NCBI RefSeq assembly: GCF_964355755.1
Contig: NC_092677.1
Coordinates: forward strand, 19,056,101 to 19,120,100
Direction: 5' to 3'
Origin: Antedon mediterranea
Lineage: Eukaryota; Animalia; Echinodermata
Length of the DNA stretch: 64,000 nt
The notes beneath the pieces were generated by a model that searched no databases, was not told the origin of the DNA, and was given only the letters and a program-made list of their open reading frames with translations. Below, piece after piece: positions 50,801-60,629 of the stretch. Within the stretch, counting starts at the first letter, position 1. Each line of letters starts with the position of its first letter. Both the position numbers and the translations under genes were made by a program.

Positions 50801-53800
50801 CCAATAATTGCATCCATAAATTTAGTTTGGATGGTCAGTATATAAACAATATTGGAAAAAGAGGTCAATGTAACGGTCAATTTGATTTTCCATGTGGAAT
50901 TGTTTGTGATTCAAATGGAAAAATAATAGTAGCTGATAGTGGAAATTGTAGAGTGCAAGTGTTTGATCACAATGGTATATGGATGACTTCATACGGAAGC
51001 AAAGGGAAAGGGAAGCTCCAGTTTGATTCACCTTCAGGAGTTGCTTTGTCTACACATGGCAGAGTCATTGTTGCTGATCGATTTAATGGAAGAATCCAAA
51101 TTTTATAAGGAAAACATACACCTCAGCTAATTTCTGTCAAACTTTTGGTTAATTATTGGATATTAATAATAGTTTACTAATAATAAGTACTACAAACAAC
51201 CCTTGCATCAGGGCCATTTTTTTGAGGAGAAAAAAAAACATAGCTTGCTACTTCTAATAACTATTTTGGTGGATTTTTTTCCAATTAATTAAGACACTTT
51301 TCATTAATTTGCATCATTTGTTTTGAATCAATGTATTATAGGAAAACATTATTTATTTTATGAAAGCAAAATGTTCATTTCATATTGTTGTACATTTCAG
51401 AGAAATTTACATTTGATCTATAAAACTACAAAAACAAACTAATGTTTTCTTGTTTTTTTACTTTTAATAGTAAAATACTGCAGTGAAAACCTAAAGCAAT
51501 ACTATTAATTTTAATAATTAATCATCAATAATTTAAAGATGTGTTTTTAATTGTTAAATCAAGGTTTTAATAAATTAATTTATAGTTACCAGATGATCTT
51601 GTGAGTTTGTAGACAGTCCACTTTTTATTTGTTGGATGCAACACAGTAGCTGAATGATAATTAAAAACCTTTAAATTAATATACTGTAGTATTGATAAAA
51701 TAATTCAAACACACCTGTGTGTATCCTTGCCAATTGCTTTATAGTATTGGTAACCAATTTGAGAATTTTGTGCCATGCAAGACTGGTGACCAATTATTAG
51801 TGTATGCGGTCTAGAAACTGTTCTACTCAATACCATGCAAGACTGGTGACCAATTATTAGTGTATGCGGTCTAGAAACTGTTCTACTCAATACCATGCAA
51901 GACTGGTGACCAATTATTAGTGTATGCGGTCTAGAAACTGTTCTACTCAATACCATGCAAGACTGGTGACCAATTATTAGTGTATGCGGTCTAGAAACTG
52001 TTCTACTCAATACCATGCAAGACTGGTGACCAATTATTAGTGTATGCGGTCTAGAAACTGTTCTACTCAATACCATGCAAGACTGGTGACCAATTATTAG
52101 TGTATGCGGTCTAGAAACTGTTCTACTCAATACCATGCAAGACTGGTGACCAATTATTAGTGTATGCGGTCTAGAAACTGTTCTACTCAATACCATGCAA
52201 GACTGGTGACCAATTATTAGTGTATGCGGTCTAGAAACTGTTCTACTCAATACCATGCAAGACTGGTGACCAATTATTAGTGTATGCGGTCTAGAAACTG
52301 TTCTACTCAATACCATGCAAGACTGGTGACCAATTATTAGTGTATGCGGTCTAGAAACTGTTCTACTCAATACCATGCAAGACTGGTGACCAATTATTAG
52401 TGTATGCGGTCTAGAAACTGTTCTACTCAATACCATGCAAGACTGGTGACCAATTATTAGTGTATGCGGTCTAGAAACTGTTCTACTCAATACCAAAAAC
52501 GGCACTAATGAACGTTTTATTTAGCTTGGGGACAAAATTGTAGGCTTTCTTTTTTATTGTGAAGTTGTGATAATTTTCTCTTCTCACAAATTTGTTTGTA
52601 TCGCTATTATAAGGAAGAGCAGTGAGCCTTTTACTCAAACCAATCTTGGCATAGGCTCATGTTTATCCTATTTAACTTGGCTCCACCTTCTTAAATAGAA
52701 CAGTCAATCTTTAATCTTGAAATATTCAACAAACATAGAAATATAATAATGAATGTTTTGTATTCATTGAAATTCTGTTGAAATCCTGACTGTCCTACCT
52801 GTATTTAACTCTTCTCCACCTCATTCAATGAGAACAGTCTTCCAACTGATGAAATATTCTCTCTATTCAACTAATAAACATTTACTATCTTTACACTCTC
52901 TAAATTAGTATACGGTACTGTAACTTACATATTAACTGAAGTTCAAACACAGTCTTAGGCTTGATTTCCTTTTTCTGAAAAAATCAAGGAAAAATTTTCT
53001 TTTAAATTAAATTCATATAAACTGAATAAAGATATTACAGTATGGAAATAAAACAAATTTCTTGTTTCTGCCTCAAAATAAAATATTTATTGTACGAGTA
53101 CTTTCGACCTTACAGGTCATACTGTAGGTCATCATCAGGTACTGATATTGGTAAATATGGTACTGGTACAGGTAGTGGAATGTTTATTTCAGTATACAAA
53201 TAATAATATTTATTTGATACGCTTTGTAACAGCGGTACACAATTGATATCAAAATAGATTACCGGTACTTAAAACTGTATTTTATAAGATATATCCAATT
53301 CCTCCAGCAAAAGTTTTTTCCACAGCTACAGTATGGTGTGTCTAATGAGTCAAATATTTCCGTGTTGTTGATTGTAGTTTTAGTAGTTGACTGTTAAATG
53401 CAGAGGTAGTTACTGACTTTTAACACTTTGATAATATTTCCTCCATAAATTGGTATTTCACCTATTGTCAATGTCACGCATTCACCTATTGTCAATGTCA
53501 CGCATTCACCTATTGTCAATGTCACGCATTCACCTATTGTCAATGTCCCGCATTCACCTATTGTCAATGTCACGCATTCACCTATTGTCAATGTCATGCA
53601 TTCAACCCACTTTCTATCGCTCACACAAAAGTCACATTCTAAAAAAAATGTACTAAACTGTTTAATGTAGAAATTGATGCTGGCCTTTCATTTGAAATGC
53701 AACAATGAACTTAGAAAGCAAACATGCACGCACTTTGCTTGCTTGCTCTACTATACACATATAAAGAGAAAGTTATTAGGAGAAAATCATTTTTCCACTA

Positions 53801-56800
53801 ATTATCAAAATGTACAAATGCATCGAATTTCAATGTAATACAAATCAAGAAGGTTTTTTTTGCAAGGAGTGTGAAAGATGGCAGCATCGAGCATGTAATA
53901 TTAAGGAGTGACGCGTGCAGAGTACAGTATGAGTGAGAGATGGATTCATTGAATGGATGTGTAACCAATGTATGGCAGAATCAGACAATGACAAACAACT
54001 AGACTAGCTGAAAGTATACGTCAACTATACAGGCAACTTAGAAGAACCAATGGTAAAACTAGCCGCAACCAAACCCACCGATAAATGGTGATCAAGAAAG
54101 AGAGGCGGTAACATACACTGGAAGAAGGAAAGTCTGCTCGTGGGAAAATTAAGTGGATACATTAAATGTTAAAGTTAACAACATCCATGTTCATTTTTGT
54201 TTTACAGGACACATTACTAGACAGACTTAGTTTCCAGTACACCCAAAAGATTGATAATGACAAGCAAATACTACCTGGAGGTTTTTTTATAGGACGTGGA
54301 AAAGTAGCCGAAATTCGACACGACATAAAAAGGAAAGCTGGAGATTGATTTGGCAGCACATATGTATCTGATATTGGTGTTGGACTAATAGCACTGCACC
54401 CGATCTTACTATGACCTGCCCACCTTGCTCACCAAGCAAATCATAAGAGAAAGCTATCCAGACCAAGACACCCGAGGACGTTCTAAAATTATTGGTTCCC
54501 CACTTTAGTTTTAACTCGTGACTTTGTTAATTTAAGAGATGCGATGATTCAATTTTTTTTTCATTGTAACTTTTTACTATACCTACCTTGTCAAATGGCA
54601 GATGACAAGGTAGACTTTTCCATCCGGGTCAAACCTGAAATGTTCTGCCCTGAGACAATTCGGCCTTGGGACGATTCGGCACACTTATATTTATCAGCTT
54701 TGATATGCATTTTTTACAAGCATAAATAAGCTTTTTTCCTCAAATTTTATTTTTTTTAAAGACTATTGGGTAGTAGTACTACTAGTACTGGATAAAGATG
54801 CAATAAAGCAAATATTTTGAATAAATTGTCGAAAATAATAATTTTCTCGCGGCTGCTCTAGCCAGCTATGTCCCATGAGGACATATTCATTAATAAGCTG
54901 TTTCATAGCAGTAGCTTTAGTATCTAAGGCCGACAGTTTTGCGAATTTGCAACTCGCCTATAATTTATAGGTCCCAGCTGCTGGACCCAAAAAAATTTCT
55001 GGGAAAAGAGTCTATGAGGCTCACGGTTGAACAATTTTTTATTCTTGCCCTTTGATTGGTTGACACGAATCAACAGATTGTGGAAGAATTTTCACTTGTA
55101 CCACCTCTAAGTCACGTCTCTAGAGGGTATTCTTGCATGCCTACAGTTCAGGTTACAGACAAACAGGCTACAACACATTAAAGTTCTAAATTGACCATTT
55201 TTAAATGCCATTTTTGAATTAGTAGAGTAATATTTGTTGGCAAATAATACATTGTTGGAAAGGTACACATGTCTTTTTTCAAATGCTGTGTACTATACAA
55301 TTAACTAGTGAAAAAATAGGCATGGGATTCATAATAAAAGAACTGTCTGTGATTTGTATGTATCTGCGATTAAAGGACATCTCTTTTAATTAATCATAAA
55401 TTAATCAAAAGAACAATGATTAATTTTAAAATGCCGAGCGGTGTTTTTTGTAAGAAATATTTCTTGTTTTAATCATGCAAACGATGTAGACAAGTTACGC
55501 CCTCTATTGGCCGCTTGGTGAATGCACGCAAAAAACAAAGTTTTAGAATTAATAAATTGAAAATAAAATTACGTTTTTTAGTAATTTATTTATATATTAT
55601 ACCTTGCTAATATCAATAAAATACGGATTATTAAACACACTTTGATAAATACAAAAAAAATGTACTGTAGGCTATATGAATTTGGGGGTGTCACGAAAGC
55701 TCAGACCCCCTAAGACCTAAGACCTAAGATCACGAAAGAAAGCTAAGACCCAACACCTAAGATTACAAATACTAAGATATACTACAGCTTAAAAACAATA
55801 CTTGTTTATCCATACATAATTTTAAACACAGTAGGTTTCATTTATTACCATAAATATAATTTAATTCTACCGCAAAACATAGATAAACTCACATTATTTT
55901 CGCCCGTTGAGTAAATGTATATTTTTTCTTTACAACAAACAAACTTGACGGGTTGTTTGTTGGTATATATTTACTCCATTGTGTTGCTTCAGAGGATGTT
56001 TTTCTTACGCACCTGCCTTTCTTGTATTTTGACTCCAAATTTGTTGACTAACTTTATCCTGAACACATTTTAAAATTAGGACTTATTAGTACTTTCAGAA
56101 GGAGAAACACATAATAACAAATAAATAAATCCTTTAAATTGATGATTTTACAGATGTGTTTCTTTGTATACTGTAATGTAACTCCTCGAGCTCCCCATGC
56201 TCAATGTTTTTGTTTCTATGGAGCGCCAAAAGAGCAACAATAATAGTACAAGTATAAAAACAGAAAGAAAACGAAACAAAAAAACTTATCATGATTTTTA
56301 AATTAAAATTTATTTGCCAGTATTTATTTCTTCGTACTTGCATGATTATACTATTATCATTACAATTTTAATTTTACATTGTTCCATCCACACTGTAGAT
56401 GGACTCCACAGAGTTTTCAGCCCTCTATATAATTTTTGCTCTTTTGACGTTCCATAGAAACAAAAACATTGAACATGGCCCATGGGGTAGGCCTACTGTA
56501 CTGTAGGCTAGTCATTTTGTGTGCGAGAAAAACGTCTGTAAAATCATCAATTTAAAAATGTATTTGTTACTTTTTATGTGATTCTTTTTCATGAAAGTGC
56601 CAATTCTAAGGTGTGGTATTCAGAATAAATGTTGGGAGTTAAAATACAAGGCAGGTGCGAAAGATAAATATTTGTATCTTAGGTGTTGGGTCTTAGCTTT
56701 CGTGATCTTAGGTCTTACTTAGGGGGTCTGAGCTTTCGTGACACCCATGAATTTGGTCTAAAGTGGGACGTTTCGGCCCACAAAATGGGACCTTTCGTCC

Positions 56801-57266
56801 CGGATTCACAAGTTACGCCCTCTGTTAGGCCATGGAGGAAAAAATAAATTAATTTATATTTTTTCCTCCATGGTTAGGCCTAGCTAGCTCCTGGACCTTG
56901 CTTGGCGAATGCACGAAATAAACAAAGCTTTTGAAGTAGGCCTAGGCCTTGACTTGATAAATACCAAACAAAAATTAATATGAATTTGATATAAAGTGAG
57001 ACGTTTCGGCCCACAAAGTGGGATGTTTCTACGTCCCACCAAAAGTGGGCCGAATAGTCCCAGGCCGAATCGTCTCAGGGCCGAATCGTCCTGGAACAAC
57101 CTACCTGACAATCGGCCAAGATTTCATTGACAGCAGACTTCTTTGAACTACCAAAGTTATCCGTTTTAACAAACCCCCATTCTTTAACAACTTGCGGGAA
57201 CTCGTCTTTTTTAAATCGATTCAATGTTTGTTTTAAAAACAATGTTACATCTTGACTATTAATCAT
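41829..57266 (-). CDS. CENPN: Centromere protein N-like, 8 coding exons (57266-57105, 52974-52929, 51649-51590, 47993-47920, 45136-44957, 44335-44161, 43197-43058, 42053-41829), 353 aa
   Basis: Exons are AG/GT bounded, phases are consistent and they total 1062 nt, ending in TAG. Peptides MINSQDVTLFLKQTLNRFKKDEFPQVVKEWGF / KKWTVYKL / IVHYPHSPY / ALMNSLECTKIQELKLTGRNLHSLADMVL / DGRICCED..TFGINKQPILETVKYN / LETTFRG..PFRCRVKFEGTNVLEGIKQLGPAGLAILPLP are collinear with the vertebrate CENP-N sequence as I recall it. Confidence 0.88.
42091..42740. mobile_element. Truncated Helentron/HINE-like copy in the last CENP-N intron
   Basis: AACTCGTCACTTTGACGAGTT start and long identity with 9766-10420, e.g. 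TTCGTATCTACAATCCAATAGCTTCCAGAAAACGTTTTAATC. Confidence 0.75.
42852..43034. mobile_element. Miniature MULE-like MITE
   Basis: TIR AGGTGTCACAAAACCTAA; 9-bp flanks ATTTTCAAA/ATTTTTAAA. Confidence 0.7.
43225..43400 (+). mobile_element. RTE-type LINE 3' remnant
   Basis: GHVQM..VEKELGWKSWNKAK*VARN resembles RTE-clade C-termini. Confidence 0.45.
45796..45847 (-). ncRNA. Minimal hammerhead ribozyme-like motif in Penelope pseudo-LTR (left copy, just after the ORF stop)
   Basis: Reverse-complement copy of the motif at 47778-47830. Confidence 0.6.
45849..47708 (-). CDS. Penelope-type reverse transcriptase with C-terminal GIY-YIG endonuclease (N-terminally truncated, uninterrupted)
   Basis: PSNLTPKERKAI..ILPADKG, LPKIHK..PLRPIV, SFDVVSLFT, QGIAMGSPISP, WKRYVDD, FLDMLI, VYRKPTHTDQYL, GVIYEVTCRNCPQVYIGETGR. 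The frame stays open up to the junction with the inverted repeat at 47708, with no native ATG. Confidence 0.93.
   Translation of the reverse strand, partial: PSNLTPKERKAINNLKKDKSILILPADKGRSTVILNTNDYKDKVGTMVSDTNVYELLKRNPTQNYKRKVVNIIGRLFKEKKINYREKEWLFPTAEIVPRLYCLPKIHKPNWPLRPIVDNINTVFYTVAQFLTKILGPLVGNTEHHVTYSGELASELKEIIVKPSETFVSFDVVSLFTKTPVEEALKVVENRLTTDPTLLDRTKLHVTDIMELLGLIVNKTYFSFNGNIYRQIQGIAMGSPISPILANLYLEWLEHQAINTAPTNIKPVYWKRYVDDVLAIIPIGTVHTFNTHLNNIDITDNIKFTTESMTNNTIPFLDMLITLNDNGTVTTSVYRKPTHTDQYLHFNSHHPLEHKLGLINTLVDRAEKVVGDMDLRKVEMDNIKKALHNCQYPEWSFQRRRKKNKGHEPQKEKIKMRGSIGIPYVKGMAERIRRTLSYHNVGTYFLPQNKIKNSLVHPKDKIEKMDTCGVIYEVTCRNCPQVYIGETGRALQTRINDHKKDVTTNTGGVMTRASRTSTSSIIHKSAITEHVIKHNHVPNWEATILTKEPKRKDRQIRESLHIRRNKEKTMNRDTGAHELSHLYNDLIDTSPGRAPHNLQPTTGGVQRHQQMTSRMTKLH
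47778..47830 (+). ncRNA. Minimal hammerhead ribozyme-like motif in Penelope pseudo-LTR (right copy)
   Basis: TTGAGAA-G-[GATCTCT gat AGAGATC]-GAAA-CGTT-C: U3/A8 core variant, 7-bp stem II, palindromic AACGTT stem III. Stem I is weak. Confidence 0.6.
48035..48190 (+). mobile_element. Degenerate tRNA-derived SINE head
   Basis: TAGTGG..TGGTTAA..TGACTTCCAATCCCAAGGTCCGGGGGTCAATCCTG (A/B box-like). Confidence 0.5.
48191..48435. repeat. Minisatellite, 47 bp x 5.2
   Basis: TATGAAATACTGTAGTTTATCCATCCTGTAATTGGCTGTTGAATGT(G/C). Confidence 0.95.
49387..51108 (+). CDS. RING-coiled coil-NHL repeat E3 ligase paralog, single coding exon, nested antisense in CENP-N intron 3
   Basis: RING CPVC..CQHTLCLSC..CPVC; NHL repeats (FDFPCGIVCDSNGKIIVADSGNCRVQVF, FDSPSGVALSTHGRVIVADRFNGRIQIL). 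Start placed at ATG 49387 rather than 49378 because the acceptor ..tttatgacag ends at 49384. Confidence 0.93.
   Translation: MAESLAKLLECPVCFEEYHLVTKLPKMLPCQHTLCLSCLMRLKKKDHRIKCPVCRTWHCVPIGGLETIANNITLIGVLESQSGTVSSVPLDVLERRTSMLERINSVYEKHADDTFICSVNTNPDRNNVESLKQYLDGKLKSLKKLGKAEIMDDEVHEKVNDNCKTTKEEIDRIFQAQIEMMQRRQRKLHQEVDKYMKEEKERIQDTQRGVIAEMNDIVDTCRRIENRLSTANTLTENELLAYSQKCTRYELKIQNGKAKLDVVKSVVTFTEFNGENLRISINKFGKVSAIIKENMPRYIPLNCCRREPVMIGKNILDGNLLEDGPIAVAVLANNSIAVTDGVNSCIRVFNKQGKLDLSFGKENLHYPTGLCLNMNEEFVVTDKTGKIRIFSKDGKFLRDLATTDSAIVGVPRMIGIACDESFKYYVGNRKSHQIDVFYPNGKYASRFKAPSMLMNPQGLTTYNGNLYVTDTTNNCIHKFSLDGQYINNIGKRGQCNGQFDFPCGIVCDSNGKIIVADSGNCRVQVFDHNGIWMTSYGSKGKGKLQFDSPSGVALSTHGRVIVADRFNGRIQIL
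51773..52495. repeat. Perfect minisatellite, 60 bp x 12, in CENP-N intron 2
   Basis: Twelve identical units CCATGCAAGACTGGTGACCAATTATTAGTGTATGCGGTCTAGAAACTGTTCTACTCAATA. Confidence 0.98.
53092..53142 (-). ncRNA. Minimal type I hammerhead ribozyme motif
   Basis: Minus strand reads GTAC-CTGATGA-T-GACCTACAG tatgac CTGTAAGGTC-GAAA-GTAC-TC-GTAC: canonical core, stem II, palindromic stem III (AGTACT), CUC triplet and 4-bp stem I. Confidence 0.72.
53456..53603. repeat. Minisatellite, 24 bp x 6
   Basis: TTCACCTATTGTCAATGTCACGCA. Confidence 0.95.
53860..54490 (+). pseudogene. Decayed PHD/FLYWCH-type Mutator-like transposase gene fragment
   Basis: ECERWQHRAC..EWMCNQC (PHD-like), YTLEEGKSARGK / DTLLDRLSFQYTQK (after acceptor at 54207), PAHLAHQANHKRKLSRPRHP; with stops and frameshifts. 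Confidence 0.5.
54630..57098. mobile_element. TIR-bounded composite element ending a few nt from the CENP-N exon 1 donor
   Basis: CCCTGAGACAATTCGGCCTTGGGACGATTCGGCACACTT (about 54647) is inverted to AAGTGGGCCGAATAGTCCCAGGCCGAATCGTCTCAGGG (about 57043); it encloses other repeats. Confidence 0.55.
55686..56746. mobile_element. MULE-like MITE, inverted sister of 35548-37724
   Basis: Same TIRs; 10-bp TSD ATGAATTTGG at 55676-55685 and 56747-56756; near-identical body. Confidence 0.9.
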
Positions 57267-57269
57267 ATT

Positions 57270-57590
57270 AATGAATTATTGCTTGCGTAATTCTCAGCAT
57301 GCCAGCAACACCACCACCAACAACAACACAAACAAGAAAAGCGCCAAAAAGTACATGTTTAAAAACTAGATAGCGCCACCGCCGCTCGATCGTCACCCCT
57401 AGGCTCTCTTTTCTCCCAAAAAAAAACATAAACATAGAAAGTATGATGGAAAGTAGCACACCCACCGTACGCCGCCACACCATGTCATGTAGCCTAGGCT
57501 AGACCTAAGCTTTAACATTTTAATTAAATAGGCTTTTGGGCGCTAGTTTAGTTTTTTGTCCTAATTATGATGATGCATCCATCATAATGA
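57270..57590. promoter_or_regulatory. Probable CENP-N promoter / bidirectional promoter region
   Basis: CpG-richer stretch directly upstream of the CENP-N ATG; a + strand donor G|GTAAGA lies at 57626/57627. Confidence 0.4.
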
Positions 57591-57871
57591 TTGAGCAAAG
57601 CAGAACAACTGTCCGAAGAAAAGTTGGTAAGAAAACTTAAAAAGGGGCCTAACTAGGCCTAGAGGCCTAGTTAGGGCCTAGCTAGGCCTAGTACTAGTAG
57701 GCCAGGTGGAGGCCTAGTAGGTAGGCTAGGGCTACTTAGGCCTATCCTAGTAGTAGTAGAGAGGCCTACTAGGCCTTCGGCTTAGTAGGCTAGCTTCAGG
57801 CCTAGCTAGCTAGGTCTAGGCCTACTTCTATGGCCTAGCCTAGTAGTAGGCCAGGGCCTACCATTCTAATC

Positions 57872-59763
57872 GGTTTACGATGAAATCGGTCGCGTCTGAA
57901 ATCGGTCGCGTTTGAAATCGATAAAATCAACTTCCGGTATTTTGTATGAGAGCTATACGTTTGATGATATCGGTCGCGTTTGAAATCGGTCGCGCTATTT
58001 TGTATGGAGCGAGATACATGCTATTGCTAGCGGAATATACATTTTCTTTGTTTATATAGTCTATATTTAATTGAAATTTATTATGTACATACTAGATTAT
58101 TTATGTGGATATTTTTTATTTTGGTTAATAAATATTTATTATCAATCATTTTTTTTTATTTCACAGGTCTCGGAGAAGGACTGTCTTTTCAAAATGACAC
58201 GTTTAAATATTTTATTAGGCACAATAATAATTTACCTCTATTTTATTATGTACTATAATTAATATATTTATTATAGAGAATATACGTCTGTGTCTTTTAT
58301 TATGCAAATAATTACGTAAAAGAGAACAATTTATTTAAAAACAATAATTGTTACAATGTATAGCCCGTAAAGCCAGCGTATCCATTTTTTTACTTATATT
58401 ATGCATACTGTTTGGCAGATATATCATATCCATGTCGTTTACAACTTACTATGGATCACCTTATTTTAATTTCTATTTTATGTCCGTACGTATGTCCGAT
58501 AATATTATTAAGTATATAATGGTTATTGTTGAGGCAAATCACGTGTATATTTTTATTTCTAATGTTTAGGCCTAAAATAGTTTCTAGTAAATATGATTGT
58601 TATATGCGGATCGTTAAAAGGCGAGTTACTGAAATAAACCCCGAAATAAGCCATATCGTCTATGATAATGCACATTATTTTGCTGACGGGGATTTCCTTT
58701 TAAAAAAAAAACACGCACTAGTAGTGTGTCAAATCATGGACAAAACACGTACGATTGTTGTCCATGGCCAGGTAAAGATGATGTATAGGCCTATTATAAC
58801 CACGTTTGAAACATCTATAGGCCTCCTGCACGTTTTTTTGTGAAACCTAGTTCCATGGTGAAACGATGTATATAATAACGTATATATGTCGGCGATACTA
58901 GATTTTAATTTGAATTATCTTTTATTTCTTCATTTATTATAATAATCATTTAATGTAAATAATTAAGTACCACTCAGTGTCTCACATCCGTACGCCGTTC
59001 GTAAATCTAAATGTTAAAAATATCAGTGCAAGATTACCTCTTTGAGAATCGTGTCCTTTTTTATTATCCATCAATTATTATTCTCACATCTAGGCCTATC
59101 ATTGTACATCATAGTCCTACTGTATAGGCCCGGTAGATTGATTTATAACGGCATATAATATTATTTTATTAGTATTATCCTAAAACCATGCTCACGTAAC
59201 CGTGGCGGATATTGAACGTAAAAATCATCGTCATACATCATCTTCCTTTATTGCACAATAGGCGCGTCTACTTGTTTAATATTAAATTATTTCAAAATTT
59301 TCAAAACCTTAAACAGCGGCATGCTAATCTTTTCAAAAACTTAAATAATATCCAATAAAACTTTTTAAAACGTTCAATTTTCTAAACGAACACATTACAA
59401 TTATTCATTAACACCTGTAAGATAAAATGAAAACACAAATTATTTATAAATAATGAGATAAATATTTATATTTATTGTACTTAAAAAATAATAACGATCG
59501 AGGTAAAAAAAATGTTAATAGTAATTAGTATTAGAAATTCTATATTCAAAATTAACTAAATAAAAACATACCGGTAATTAGCGTTTTCATTACAAATTTA
59601 TCTAGTGCGTCACATGCAAAATAGAGAGACAGGTTTCAAACGCGACAGATTTCAAACACGACCGATATCATCAAACGTATAGCTCTAGCGGCGCGCCATA
59701 CAAAATACCGGAAGTTGATTTTATCGCGACCGATTTCAAACGAGACCGATTCCATCTGACACC
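57872..59763. mobile_element. Non-autonomous DNA transposon with long TIRs and 8-bp TSD (Merlin-like)
   Basis: TSD TTCTAATC at 57864-57871 and 59764-59771; GGT-initiated inverted ends of about 150 bp with TGAAATCGGTCGCG subrepeats and GATAAAATCAACTTCCGGTATTTTGTATG. Confidence 0.82.
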
Positions 59764-60629
59764 TTCTAATCTAGGCCTAGCCTACTACCTAGCTAACTAG
59801 GCCTACTAACTAGATGTAGGCTAGGTAGTACTCTGACAGGTGGTAACAGCCTAGGCCCTAGCTAACTACTAGGCCGGTGTCTGATAAATAATTAGACTTA
59901 AATTTTATTATATTATATTCAGTATGTGTCTAATTTCAGGTTTATACTTTTAAAAGTTTATTCATATCCTACTAGAGTAGTTAGTACTATAATCTAGGGC
60001 CTAGGCCTGTTGTTGTAAAACGAACTAGCAGAAAGTAGTGTAGCTATACCTGTTGAACTGGGCTTGCCTCTTTGGATTCATTGCCCAGTTGCCAATACTA
60101 CAATCTTCGGTATCTTGTATAAAACACGGTAAACACACAGTGCCTATTCCGCCGGTGAGTGGTGTCTATTGTATCCGTGCGTACGTTATCCGTTCAAAAC
60201 CTCAAGAGACCGCTGATCTCTTTAGGTCAACACACATGACCTCAGGTCACTCAGTGGACTGAACCATTTTGTGGAAGGGTATTTCACTACACTTCCCCCG
60301 ATTTTATAGGGCCGGTGCTCGGGTGGTCATGCTGTAAAACAAAACAATAATTTCTGGTTAACGCTAATGATAACTGAACCAAGTGCATCTTCTAGCACCA
60401 CACAAAAATAACATAATAACAACTTAAAACTTTAGTTGGCCTCCGGAATGGTCGGCTCTACACCATCAGGAAGAGATCCTGGCCATTCTTCCGGGTCAAG
60501 TCTAAGACTCGTCGTCCTGGCCCAAGATTCTTCTGACTGCCTCTGCGGTTTTTTTTTTTTTTAACCATATTTAATGAGAGTGATCCATCCAGCAATTGCT
60601 GATCATTAGGGACCCTCAGAGGTTCACAA

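Noticed and set aside
51773-52495. CRISPR-like appearance of the tandem arrays (also 20364, 28262, 36088, 48191)
   Set aside because: No unique spacers, no cas genes, and a eukaryotic context.
51705-52505. 266-aa repetitive ORF
   Set aside because: By-product of a 60-bp tandem repeat inside an intron; non-ATG start and no domain.
57567-57586. MHPS peptide suggesting CMC2, the head-to-head neighbour of human CENPN
   Set aside because: A stop follows immediately and no CX9C motif is seen.
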